The notes under the pieces are model-generated. The model had not been told where the DNA came from, made no database searches, and saw only the letters and a list, made by a program, of their open reading frames with translations. A DNA stretch of 54,604 bases from a virus (taxonomy: Duplodnaviria; Caudoviricetes). Below, piece by piece: positions 46,891 through 54,604 of the stretch. The position numbers were made by a program, and so were the translations under genes. How positions within the stretch are numbered: the first letter of the stretch is position 1; the number at the start of each line of letters is the position of its first letter. Location of the stretch: the IMG/VR virus record IMGVR_UViG_3300042934_001355, positions 1 through 54,604 of that record; one strand, 5' to 3'.

Positions 46891-47214
46891 ATGGGATTTC
46901 CATCACCGGCGTCCGATTACATAGAGCGGCGCATCGACCTGAACGATGTACTGATGCCTCACCGAAACAACATGATCCTGATTGAGACGCCGGATGGGTT
47001 TGTGCTGGCAGATAAATCACTGAAGCCACTGCCGGGCGACAAAGTCGCATTCCAGATAGGCGAGTTCCCGCAACTGGGCAGATTGTTCAGAACGGGAATA
47101 ATCACCTCAGACGGTGAGACGATCGACGGAGAGGGACTGGAAGGGATTATCGTGCTAGGGAGAGTCACGGCCGAGGTGTTGTCTGTGTACGAGCCTCTGC
47201 GGCCTACGATTTAG
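46891..47214 (+). CDS. UmuD'-like (HumD-like) protein lacking S24 catalytic residues
   Basis: MGFPSPASDYIERRIDLN equals the UmuD' N-terminus. Confidence 0.75.
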   Translation: MGFPSPASDYIERRIDLNDVLMPHRNNMILIETPDGFVLADKSLKPLPGDKVAFQIGEFPQLGRLFRTGIITSDGETIDGEGLEGIIVLGRVTAEVLSVYEPLRPTI

Positions 47215-47216
47215 CC

Positions 47217-47236
47217 GTAGCACACATGTAGCACAA
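47217..47236 (+). repeat. Tandem integrase arm-type sites (right)
   Basis: gtagcacacat-gtagcacaa, matching 19-38. Confidence 0.6.
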
Positions 47237-47597
47237 AAAAATACCGCAAATCACCTCAAAACCACCACTACGGCAGTTTTTGACTTGCGGTATGTCTCTG
47301 TAAAACCACGCCTCAACGCACAGCAACCTGATATGCTAAATATTCAAAGTGAAATTATGAATATGCAGGTTTAGTGAGCTGATTCCGCTGAACAAGGCAC
47401 GCCTGCGTGGCAGTGGATTAGGGTAGTGCGTTGCCAGCATCAAGGCCGATCCCTTTGCTGAGTCTATGACCCTGTACTGGCGATAATACAGGTGTCATTG
47501 ACTATACTGCTCTTTATTACGAGCCGTGCAGCAGGGAACTCACTCTTCGGTGCAGACGACCCGCCCCCTCATCACCTATCAGCAGGACGCCAGCCCA

Positions 47598-47939
47598 ATG
47601 TTAAAAAAACTTATCCTTATCGCATCGTTAATCAGCTTATCTCTTCCAGCCTTTGCTGCCACGCAGTGCGGGCCGTTCTACCTTAAACCTGACAAGAGCG
47701 GCTGGTTCTCGGTGAATGGAGAACGTGCAAAAACGCAGAAAGTCACCTTTGCGAAAGAGAAGGGCGATTACGACAACGCGACGGTTAAACTGCTGGTGAA
47801 AAACAGCAAAGCGCCGGGGATGGTGGATATGGAACTGACGAACCGTGAGGGTAAAGGGCTGTTAAGAGCTGAAATCGTCCGCACCAGCCAGAGTCAGATC
47901 CGCATACGAGGTGCTTATGATTGCGAACCGGCTAAATAG
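47598..47939 (+). CDS. Secreted hypothetical protein
   Basis: Signal peptide MLKKLILIASLISLSLPAFA; two Cys. Confidence 0.7.
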   Translation: MLKKLILIASLISLSLPAFAATQCGPFYLKPDKSGWFSVNGERAKTQKVTFAKEKGDYDNATVKLLVKNSKAPGMVDMELTNREGKGLLRAEIVRTSQSQIRIRGAYDCEPAK

Positions 47940-48116
47940 GCTGAGCTTCGACTGCCCACTTCTGAACATGGCATAGCCCGGAAGCGGGCGTGATAAAAGC
48001 CTTAGAATAGAAGAGTGCGAAAGATTGTCAGGCCAGCGCTTGTGCTCGGGCTGGCCTGACAACTTATTCTGTCTTCTGGTCGTCCATCCTGCATCACATC
48101 CATGCCGACGCGGCAT

Positions 48117-48473
48117 TTAACTCGATGTTTTGCACCGCGCAATCATCCCTGAAACTGCTGTGCTGATATCTGATGCTTTTGGATCATAGTAAAATGTCGC
48201 ACTGGTCTGATGATGGCTGAACTTTGCAATTTCAACCCAGGCCACGGTTTCATTATCCTGCTCAAGGTTATATCGCTTCGTGCCATCCGGCAGAGGTTCA
48301 TCCTGCTCCAGATAGAGTCTTTGATCCTGTGCCGCTACGTTAAGGCAGGATTCAACCTGAAAAGGATGAGCATCGAAATAAGCGGTTTTTGTTGTCGGGT
48401 GTAATCCAACCCGTCCCATATCTACGCATCCGCCCATCAGACTTATGCTCAGGGCAATAATGATCTTCTTCAT
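48117..48473 (-). CDS. Lipoprotein
   Basis: MKKIIIALSISLMGGC lipobox. Confidence 0.75.
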   Translation of the reverse strand: MKKIIIALSISLMGGCVDMGRVGLHPTTKTAYFDAHPFQVESCLNVAAQDQRLYLEQDEPLPDGTKRYNLEQDNETVAWVEIAKFSHHQTSATFYYDPKASDISTAVSGMIARCKTSS

Positions 48474-48939
48474 TAACTAAACCATCATAGTTATTTTGTT
48501 GACCAATAATATCCGGATATTGATCGTATCGCTCATTTTAATCAAAAATCTGCGCTTAATATTGCTGGCGTCACGGACTATATGTAACATTCTGCGCAAC
48601 GCATTATGATGTAAGCAACGGACAGGAACTCAGTAGCCCGCATCAGGTGACTCATGCTGTCTGCTGGTGTTAACCGTTGTCAGGTGAATGTCAGGTAAAT
48701 ATCACTCTGAATGGTTGCTCATCATATCGTTAGTCTGCTTTGAGGTGGATGCCCGAAAATCATTGCCTGCAGCCTTTGTTAGCCAGTTTATTATAAACAT
48801 GGATAGTTTTACGCAGTACATTACACACACATCAGGTTCACTAAAAACCGGCCCAGTAAAAGGCGTTATACCTCTGTTGTGTTACGCATGTTGAGGTGTC
48901 CTGATGAAAATCCTTACTACTTAAGTGCCTCTGAATATT

Positions 48940-49827
48940 ATGATTTATGACTGTTTTTTGTACTACGATGAAGATATCTTGCTTGAGATGCGTCTGAACA
49001 CGCTTGAGCATGTTGTTGATCGGTTTGTCATTGTGGAATCGCGCTATACCTTTACCGGAAAACGCCGGGAAAAGCTTCATTTTGATATTAAGAAGTTCGA
49101 TCGTTTCCGCGATAAAATTATTTATATTGTTAACGATATTGCGCCCAGATTTTATCAGGAAGCCTTTAAATCGAATAGTTCTCTGGTTAATGCGGGAGAG
49201 ACAGATCCCTGGGAAAATGAAGCCACTGCACGTAATCAGATTATGCAAGGGCTGGCCGGCGCGCAGGATGATGATATTGTTATTGTGTCAGACGTCGATG
49301 AAATTCCCCGGCCTGAGGCGATAAAAGCATTCAGTCATCAGCATCTTTGCACGACGCTGCATCAGCAATATTTCAATTTTAAATTTAATGTCCGGGTTTT
49401 AAATGACGACGGCACACCGCGCTGTGCCACCTTGGCGAAAATGGTGACCTGTAAAACGCTGCGAGACTTTTTTATGGGGCAACCGGAATTGCTTCGCAAT
49501 GTTAAGCGTCGTGGTACACCGATACGCGAGAACTGGTTGCGCTGGAAGTGGCTAAATTTCCGGACAAAAATCATTAAGAATGGAGGATGGCATTTTTCCT
49601 GGGTAATGAGCGATGAGCGCATCAGTGAAAAAATGTCTTCGATTTCTCATACCGAACGTAACTGTCCCGAATTTAACAATCCGGATCATATACGGCGCTG
49701 CGTTGAGAACAATATTGATATCTGGAACCGTCCGCGAAGGATGGAGATCGTGCCGGTGACATCCGAACATTTTCCAGCCTGGCTGGTTGAAAATCAGCAC
49801 CAGCTTGCCGATCTCATTAAATCTTAA
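48940..49827 (+). CDS. Glycosyltransferase family 17-like protein
   Basis: MIYDCF..E...L..RL..L...VD.FVIVES..TFTG, SDVDEIP and GGWHFSW. Confidence 0.85.
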   Translation: MIYDCFLYYDEDILLEMRLNTLEHVVDRFVIVESRYTFTGKRREKLHFDIKKFDRFRDKIIYIVNDIAPRFYQEAFKSNSSLVNAGETDPWENEATARNQIMQGLAGAQDDDIVIVSDVDEIPRPEAIKAFSHQHLCTTLHQQYFNFKFNVRVLNDDGTPRCATLAKMVTCKTLRDFFMGQPELLRNVKRRGTPIRENWLRWKWLNFRTKIIKNGGWHFSWVMSDERISEKMSSISHTERNCPEFNNPDHIRRCVENNIDIWNRPRRMEIVPVTSEHFPAWLVENQHQLADLIKS

Positions 49828-49865
49828 CGCTGACCAGCGCGCCCAGCGGGCGCGCCTCTCGCACA

Positions 49866-50066
49866 TCAGCTTGCCTTGTAAGGATCTTTTTTGTCATCCT
49901 GGCTGTCATCATTTTTGCGCGGCACTTCGCCATGATCTTTCGGCGCATCAGTGGCAGGATGATCATCTTCCTCGTAAGCATTACCAGCGTTTGGCGCGGC
50001 TTCCGGCAGGCTTTTGCTGACATCACCTTCTTTCTTACGTTCTTCATTCGTATTGTGCTTAAACAT
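49866..50066 (-). CDS. Small acidic disordered protein
   Basis: 66 aa with AGGAGAG RBS. Confidence 0.55.
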   Translation of the reverse strand: MFKHNTNEERKKEGDVSKSLPEAAPNAGNAYEEDDHPATDAPKDHGEVPRKNDDSQDDKKDPYKAS

Positions 50067-50385
50067 AACTCTCTCCTTTTATTCCAGTCTCTTAAGTTTA
50101 GACCAGCACTGACATCCCGCATGCGCAGCGGATTAAAGAAGAAAAAAAAGCCCGCCAGCGGCGGGCTAATCGGAGTTTCTCTCATACTGAACACGTCATT
50201 TTTCGATGTTTGGGTGTGTACAGCAGGTTCATGCTAACCGGGAATCCCTGATGCAGTAATGGACAAACCTGCCATGTCGCTTGCGGCAGGTCACATTCCC
50301 GTCGATAAACAGATCGATAAATAAATTCGATTGAACGGATTAGCAAAAGGCATATAGTGGCCTGCGTTACCAGGAGATAGAAATT

Positions 50386-50634
50386 ATGTTAAGAGACTAT
50401 TTAAAGATTGAAGCTGAAGATCAGTTAATCGAACAACGCTCGCTGAGCCTGAAAAATCGTGGTCAGGAAGAGGTCACCGAATGGATTATTGTAAATAGCC
50501 AGGGAGTTAAAAAAGGCGGCGTAACCCTGTTCGATAAACTCAGTACCCGCCGCTCATGGCCCGTGAATTACCGCATTATGCAGACCGATTTGCAGGGCAA
50601 AGTGGTGGTAGATCAACTGACCGATGCCCTGTAA
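50386..50634 (+). CDS. Hypothetical protein
   Basis: AGGAG RBS, 82 aa. Confidence 0.65.
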   Translation: MLRDYLKIEAEDQLIEQRSLSLKNRGQEEVTEWIIVNSQGVKKGGVTLFDKLSTRRSWPVNYRIMQTDLQGKVVVDQLTDAL

Positions 50635-50677
50635 CTGTCCGGTTATAAACTCAGCCACTGTTGTACGATGAAAAGTG

Positions 50678-50701
50678 AACCCGCGCACGGCGGGTTTTTT
50701 T
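50678..50701. terminator. Terminator between convergent genes
   Basis: AACCCGC-GCACG-GCGGGTT-TTTT. Confidence 0.65.
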
Positions 50702-51332
50702 ATGGCTGGCGGTATCGTCGCAGTTCCACCAGCGTACCAATCAGCTTCAGGCTGTCCCGGCTGGATTGCAGCTCAGGGAAATTGATATTGACCGGTGCCA
50801 GTTCAAACTGCATGACGCCATTTTCACTGCCGCGCTGACGCCAGGTGCGTAGCAGCACGACCTGTTGCTGCAATGCCAGCACGCAGTCGCCGGGCTGAGG
50901 TGACTGCGTGGGATCGATGATCACCACATCATTCCGCAGAATCGCGGGCGTCATCGCCTGTTCTTCCACCCGGATGGCAAAGCTCTGCTGTGAAAGCGCC
51001 ATGTCGTTGTGCATCAGCAGTTCATGCCGGACGGAACCGGCCTCGCTCAGCCATCGCGGCACGTCGCGCTGTGCAAGCAGTGGGATCTGGTGCAGACCAC
51101 TCCAGGCGCTTTCGCTGAAAACAGGACCATCCCCATCTATCAGAAAAGCCGGTGCGCAGCCCAGCGCTTCAGCGAGCCGCAGCAGGTTCTCACCGCGCGG
51201 CAGCGTCTCCTCTTTTTCCCATTGCGAAATCGCCACATGGGACACTTTTACCTGTTGCGCCAATTGCTTCTGCGTTAACTGCAGCGATTTACGTCGGAGT
51301 CGGATGCGGTCACCCAGCGTTTCGTTTTTCAT
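50700..51332 (-). CDS. XRE HTH + degenerate S24 (CI-like) repressor
   Basis: LGDRIR..RK.L.LTQKQLA..VKVSHVAISQWE; S24 fold with EQAM in place of GDSM and no catalytic Lys. Confidence 0.85.
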   Translation of the reverse strand: MKNETLGDRIRLRRKSLQLTQKQLAQQVKVSHVAISQWEKEETLPRGENLLRLAEALGCAPAFLIDGDGPVFSESAWSGLHQIPLLAQRDVPRWLSEAGSVRHELLMHNDMALSQQSFAIRVEEQAMTPAILRNDVVIIDPTQSPQPGDCVLALQQQVVLLRTWRQRGSENGVMQFELAPVNINFPELQSSRDSLKLIGTLVELRRYRQP

Positions 51333-51358
51333 AAGCTTGACTTTTTGGTTGAGAGTGA

Positions 51359-51397
51359 CTTAAGTATACTTAAGCTTGGTATTTAAGCAATCTTAAA
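51359..51397. promoter_or_regulatory. Two palindromic operators TTAAG-N4-CTTAA
   Basis: CTTAAGTATACTTAAG (perfect palindrome, 51359-74) and TTTAAGCAATCTTAAA (51382-97). Confidence 0.65.
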
Positions 51398-51468
51398 TTT
51401 CATGCGGGGGACGTGGCTAAGCAGCACGCAGTAAGTTCCAGAGACCTTACCGTACAAAGGGGTGTGGC

Positions 51469-51852
51469 ATGGAAAGTAGTCTGATTACCAGTATGGGTGC
51501 GTTAGTTCTGGGTGGGGGGGCAGCAGCACTGTTCTGGAAACCGTTATTGGCGGGAATTGCGTCAATCGTTACCAGTAATCGAGCCGGCGGCGAAATTATT
51601 ACCAGCTACAAAGAGCAGGTGGTGTTGCTGAAAGAGAGCAACGTGCTGATACGGGAGGAGAACGATGAATTACGCGAACGGCACGACAGGAATCTGCGGC
51701 GTATCTCGACACTCGAAACGGATCTTCGGTTAATCAAGAATGCGGTAGGGATTTTACTGGCAATGACCGAAACCGATCAGAACGATAAATTTCGTAATGA
51801 GATTGATCGGCTTATCTCAACTCTGGAGGATCGCAGTGATGGCCACGATTAA
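51469..51852 (+). CDS. Membrane-anchored coiled-coil protein (holin-like phage remnant?)
   Basis: N-terminal hydrophobic GALVLGGGAAALFW then coiled coil. Confidence 0.6.
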   Translation: MESSLITSMGALVLGGGAAALFWKPLLAGIASIVTSNRAGGEIITSYKEQVVLLKESNVLIREENDELRERHDRNLRRISTLETDLRLIKNAVGILLAMTETDQNDKFRNEIDRLISTLEDRSDGHD

Positions 51853-52180
51853 TAGCACTAAGGCACCTATGTCTTACCGGCGCAAAGTTATCCTCGGCTG
51901 CGTATTGCTGAGCTGTTCGATGATTTGCATCCTGATGACGATCATTTTTCTCTACGTCAGTAACACCGCAAACAAGCGGGTCGAGGAGATTCGGGCGGAT
52001 TACCGCTTAATTGCGGCGCGGCGTGATGACAGAGTGGAGCTGCTGACCGATCAGGTTGCAGCAATACAGCACAAGCTGGATGCAATACCGGATCGCATAG
52101 CCGACAAAACGGTCATAAAAGTCAAAGAGGTCGTCACTGAGAGTGAGGTGCCAGCCGTGAAATCCGGTCATAAACCATAA
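51839..52180 (+). CDS. Single-TM coiled-coil protein
   Basis: RRKVILGCVLL...IIFLYVSN then coiled coil; overlaps the upstream gene. Confidence 0.6.
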   Translation: MATINSTKAPMSYRRKVILGCVLLSCSMICILMTIIFLYVSNTANKRVEEIRADYRLIAARRDDRVELLTDQVAAIQHKLDAIPDRIADKTVIKVKEVVTESEVPAVKSGHKP

Positions 52181-52331
52181 CTTCCGATTATTCTTAATGC
52201 GGCTTCGCTATTATCGACTAGTTTTAAATATCCGGGCAACATTTTGTACCTGAATGCAGGCCCGCTGATTGGCCGGTTGATGAACCGCTAAGCCTACTCA
52301 CTTTGGATAGATGACCAGAAGGAAATTTAGC

Positions 52332-52598
52332 ATGAGCGATTCAACAGAAACCAAGACCAAAACTGAATATCTGCGTGACGTGACTTCTCAGCTAAAAGAG
52401 ATGCGTCACTATGCTCAGACCAACACCGAAACCCTTTCCAGCCAATGGTTAGCGTTTGATGCGGGTGAGTATAAAGACAAGACCAACGCCGACCGAATCG
52501 ATGCGTTGCTGAATAAGCAGGGTAAACTGCTGGAAGATCTGGATGCCGCGATTCAGGACATCGAGATTGAAGTTAATCACAGCGAGCAGGAGAGCTAA
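52332..52598 (+). CDS. Hypothetical helical protein
   Basis: AAGGA RBS, 88 aa. Confidence 0.6.
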   Translation: MSDSTETKTKTEYLRDVTSQLKEMRHYAQTNTETLSSQWLAFDAGEYKDKTNADRIDALLNKQGKLLEDLDAAIQDIEIEVNHSEQES

Positions 52599-52636
52599 GT
52601 CATCTCCTGCTAACTGATGTGGTGGCCGTTAAGGGA

Positions 52637-52876
52637 TTAATCGGCCACCAGCCACATTTCCGCTTCGTCGAACATCTCTTCAACAATCCGCGCAACCGTC
52701 GCTTTATCGTTCTTACTCAAATCAGTATCAATCGCGTTACGTTCCATCGGCTTGACCTTAACTTCAATGTCAGGGAACACCCGATGCACCCGCTTTTCCA
52801 GCTCCTCACGAATCATCTCGCGAGCACCCGGTAAACCGGCAACGTTGCGCTTGTCATAAATCAACTCAACAAACAT
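52637..52876 (-). CDS. msgA: DinI/MsgA-family protein
   Basis: MFVELIYDKRNV.GLPGARE.I..EL.KRVH..FPD..VKVKPM...EEMFDEAEMWL. Confidence 0.85.
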   Translation of the reverse strand: MFVELIYDKRNVAGLPGAREMIREELEKRVHRVFPDIEVKVKPMERNAIDTDLSKNDKATVARIVEEMFDEAEMWLVAD

Positions 52877-52914
52877 GATGGCAATCCATTCAGGGCAAAA
52901 TCGCTGACATATAA

Positions 52915-52934
52915 TACTGTAAATAAAAACAGTA
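52915..52934. promoter_or_regulatory. LexA box upstream of the dinI/msgA-like gene
   Basis: taCTGtaaataaaaaCAGta. Confidence 0.85.
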
Positions 52935-53050
52935 GCAAGGCAGCGCGCCTGATTTCGTGTAAATTTTTATCTCGCATAAACCTCAATCTTCGACTAGCAA
53001 AATGCGCACGCATCGCGACATAATGGCGGCTTACTTTTAGGAGGTCCGCG

Positions 53051-53350
53051 ATGCGACAACTGGTAATTGATATTCTGCTAAAACTGGCAAAGATGGACGT
53101 CGATGCAAAAGAGTTGACGGCGCAGCTTGAAGCGCAGTCCCTGCTGGTTGCGGCGCTGCTGGTGCAGGCGAAACAGGACAACTCGCTGACTATTTCAGAA
53201 ACGGTGCAGGATGCCATTGTTACCGCTTCGCAATCTTCGACCGAGTTTCTGCAGTCTGATGTGGATCTGCTGCTGACGCATATTAATCGTCTGCTGGCGG
53301 TAGCGAGTTATGTTGAAGTAAAGGGTAAAGCGACGGAAGGTGAAGGGTAG
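53051..53350 (+). CDS. iraP: IraP-family anti-adaptor
   Basis: MRQLVIDILLKLAKMD...KELTAQLEA resembles the IraP N-terminus. Confidence 0.75.
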   Translation: MRQLVIDILLKLAKMDVDAKELTAQLEAQSLLVAALLVQAKQDNSLTISETVQDAIVTASQSSTEFLQSDVDLLLTHINRLLAVASYVEVKGKATEGEG

Positions 53351-53552
53351 GGGCGGATAAAAAAATTCGCCTCTGGAGGTGGAATTGAGACAACACCTGC
53401 AGAGGCAGTGCATCAGCACTATTCGTTAAAGGACAATCACGACCTGAGTCGCACGCCGAAGTTATACACTTTCCCCCGGTTAGTACAATTTTATCTGCAG
53501 TGCCGGAACTGGTTGGAGGTGTTTGCAATATACAACTTCAGCGCGGCCCTGA

Positions 53553-53882
53553 TTAAAGCTCGTTTTTGATGCAAAACTCTTCCCAGCTCATCCCCAGCGA
53601 CTCAGCATGAGATTTGAGATAAGTCTCGATAGCTTCAGCCGCCACCGCTTTATCCGGCTCAGCGAGCTGAATAGAAAAGATCATTCCATCCAGATTCTTC
53701 TGCCGCAAAAAGGCCGCATAGATGCGTTCGGCATGCCATTCGCGCAGCTGTCGCAGTGACAGGTTAGCTGCACGGGCGTCGCTCTCCGTTAATTCATCAA
53801 GTGCAGACTGAAAGTCGGGATGCGCGGTAAAAAACATCTCGCGCGCCTGGGCATAGTAGGCTTCTGGCGTTTTCATATTCAT
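53553..53882 (-). CDS. Hypothetical protein
   Basis: Likely start MNMKTPEAYY after a CAGGA RBS. Confidence 0.65.
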   Translation of the reverse strand: MNMKTPEAYYAQAREMFFTAHPDFQSALDELTESDARAANLSLRQLREWHAERIYAAFLRQKNLDGMIFSIQLAEPDKAVAAEAIETYLKSHAESLGMSWEEFCIKNEL

Positions 53883-54130
53883 ATTCCTGAAAGTCTGTTG
53901 CAGCGCGTCAGTGTAGCGGGTTGTCTTCCGCTTGTCAGGCGTGACAAAAGACGGAGTTTGCATCAGTTCAGCCTCTGAACTTCCGGTCAAAAACCTGACC
54001 GTGGAGCTCACTGCGGGATAAATTCTGGCGCAATCAGGGTCTGCGTGGTGTTTGAACACCCAGATACCTTGCGCAACGCGGTGGAAAAATTATAACGTAG
54101 CCGCCATTGATGGGATCTTAGGGATTAAAC

Positions 54131-54604
54131 ATGAAAAAGTGGATGCTGATTGCCGCGCTGGCACTGAGTGGCTGTGCACAAATCAACGATTATGAAAATG
54201 CGGTGCAAACGCCGGCGCCCGCTGATCTGCAGGGAACCTGGCAAACCGTCGGTCCACAGAGCAGCCTGATCAGCGATAAGGCGATAGCCAGTGTGATCAT
54301 CAATGCGGATGGCAGCACGCTGGACTGCCGCCAGTGGATGCGGGTGATTGCGAAGCCGGGCAAACTGACCCGGTTAAGCGGCGATTATGTCAACGTCACG
54401 CGTCAGGTACGGGTGATGCCGCTGGTCGTGGAGAATGGCGAGCTGAGCTATGACAGGATGACTCTGCGTAAAGTGGCGCGTCCGACCGTTGAGTGTCAGC
54501 AGGCGCTGGAAGAGGTGGCGAAACAGCCGAAAGCCGCCGTGATTCAGAACATCGAACCGCAACTGCTGCGCACACCGATTACAGAAAACAACGCGAAGTC
54601 ATAA
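54131..54604 (+). CDS. yedD: YedD lipoprotein
   Basis: LSGC lipobox; TPAP..LQG.WQT.GPQ..L.S..AI.S...TLDCRQW.RVIA.PGKL. Confidence 0.85.
   Translation: MKKWMLIAALALSGCAQINDYENAVQTPAPADLQGTWQTVGPQSSLISDKAIASVIINADGSTLDCRQWMRVIAKPGKLTRLSGDYVNVTRQVRVMPLVVENGELSYDRMTLRKVARPTVECQQALEEVAKQPKAAVIQNIEPQLLRTPITENNAKS

Larger units (their letters stand above)
1..47240. mobile_element. Lambdoid prophage (integrase to UmuD'-like gene); attL outside window, attR core probably ~47240-47420
   Basis: Canonical lambdoid order int-xis-rec-cIII-N-cI-cro-cII-O-P-nin-Q-lysis-ter-head-tail; matching arm-type repeats at 19-38 and 47217-47236; host-like genes after 47.5 kb. Confidence 0.93.

Noticed and set aside
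47240-47500. attR core or tRNA target
   Set aside because: No tRNA fold seen, and the partner repeat lies outside the window, so the core cannot be called

Overview
Positions 1 to ~47.3 kb are an apparently complete lambdoid (siphovirus-type) prophage. In order it carries: tyrosine integrase and excisionase; RecE/RecT; cIII; N with P22-type nut sites; cI/cro/cII with TTTAGC-N5-GCTAAA operators; O/P with an iteron origin; nin genes; Q; pinholin, SAR endolysin and Rz/Rz1; terminase, head and tail genes; a beta-helix tailspike; an acyltransferase; and a LexA-boxed UmuD'-like operon. attL lies left of the window. The last ~7 kb is enterobacterial chromosome (probably Pantoea/Erwiniaceae-like, an inference): GT17 glycosyltransferase, a non-cleavable CI-like repressor facing two membrane genes, msgA/dinI-like, iraP-like and yedD. 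The strongest accessory observations are: (i) an AT-rich cassette of GHKL ATPase, methyltransferase-fold protein and C5 DNA methyltransferase with no evident nuclease; (ii) a LexA-boxed operon of two unknown paralogues split by a terminator; (iii) a stand-alone TGT/DpdA-like gene in the nin region; (iv) a tRNA-like RNA and two dead small-terminase 5' fragments interleaved with morons between Rz and terS; (v) a phage-borne IraP-like anti-adaptor; (vi) a two-gene module in the rexAB position. All family assignments come from motif recognition by eye; no database searches were run.
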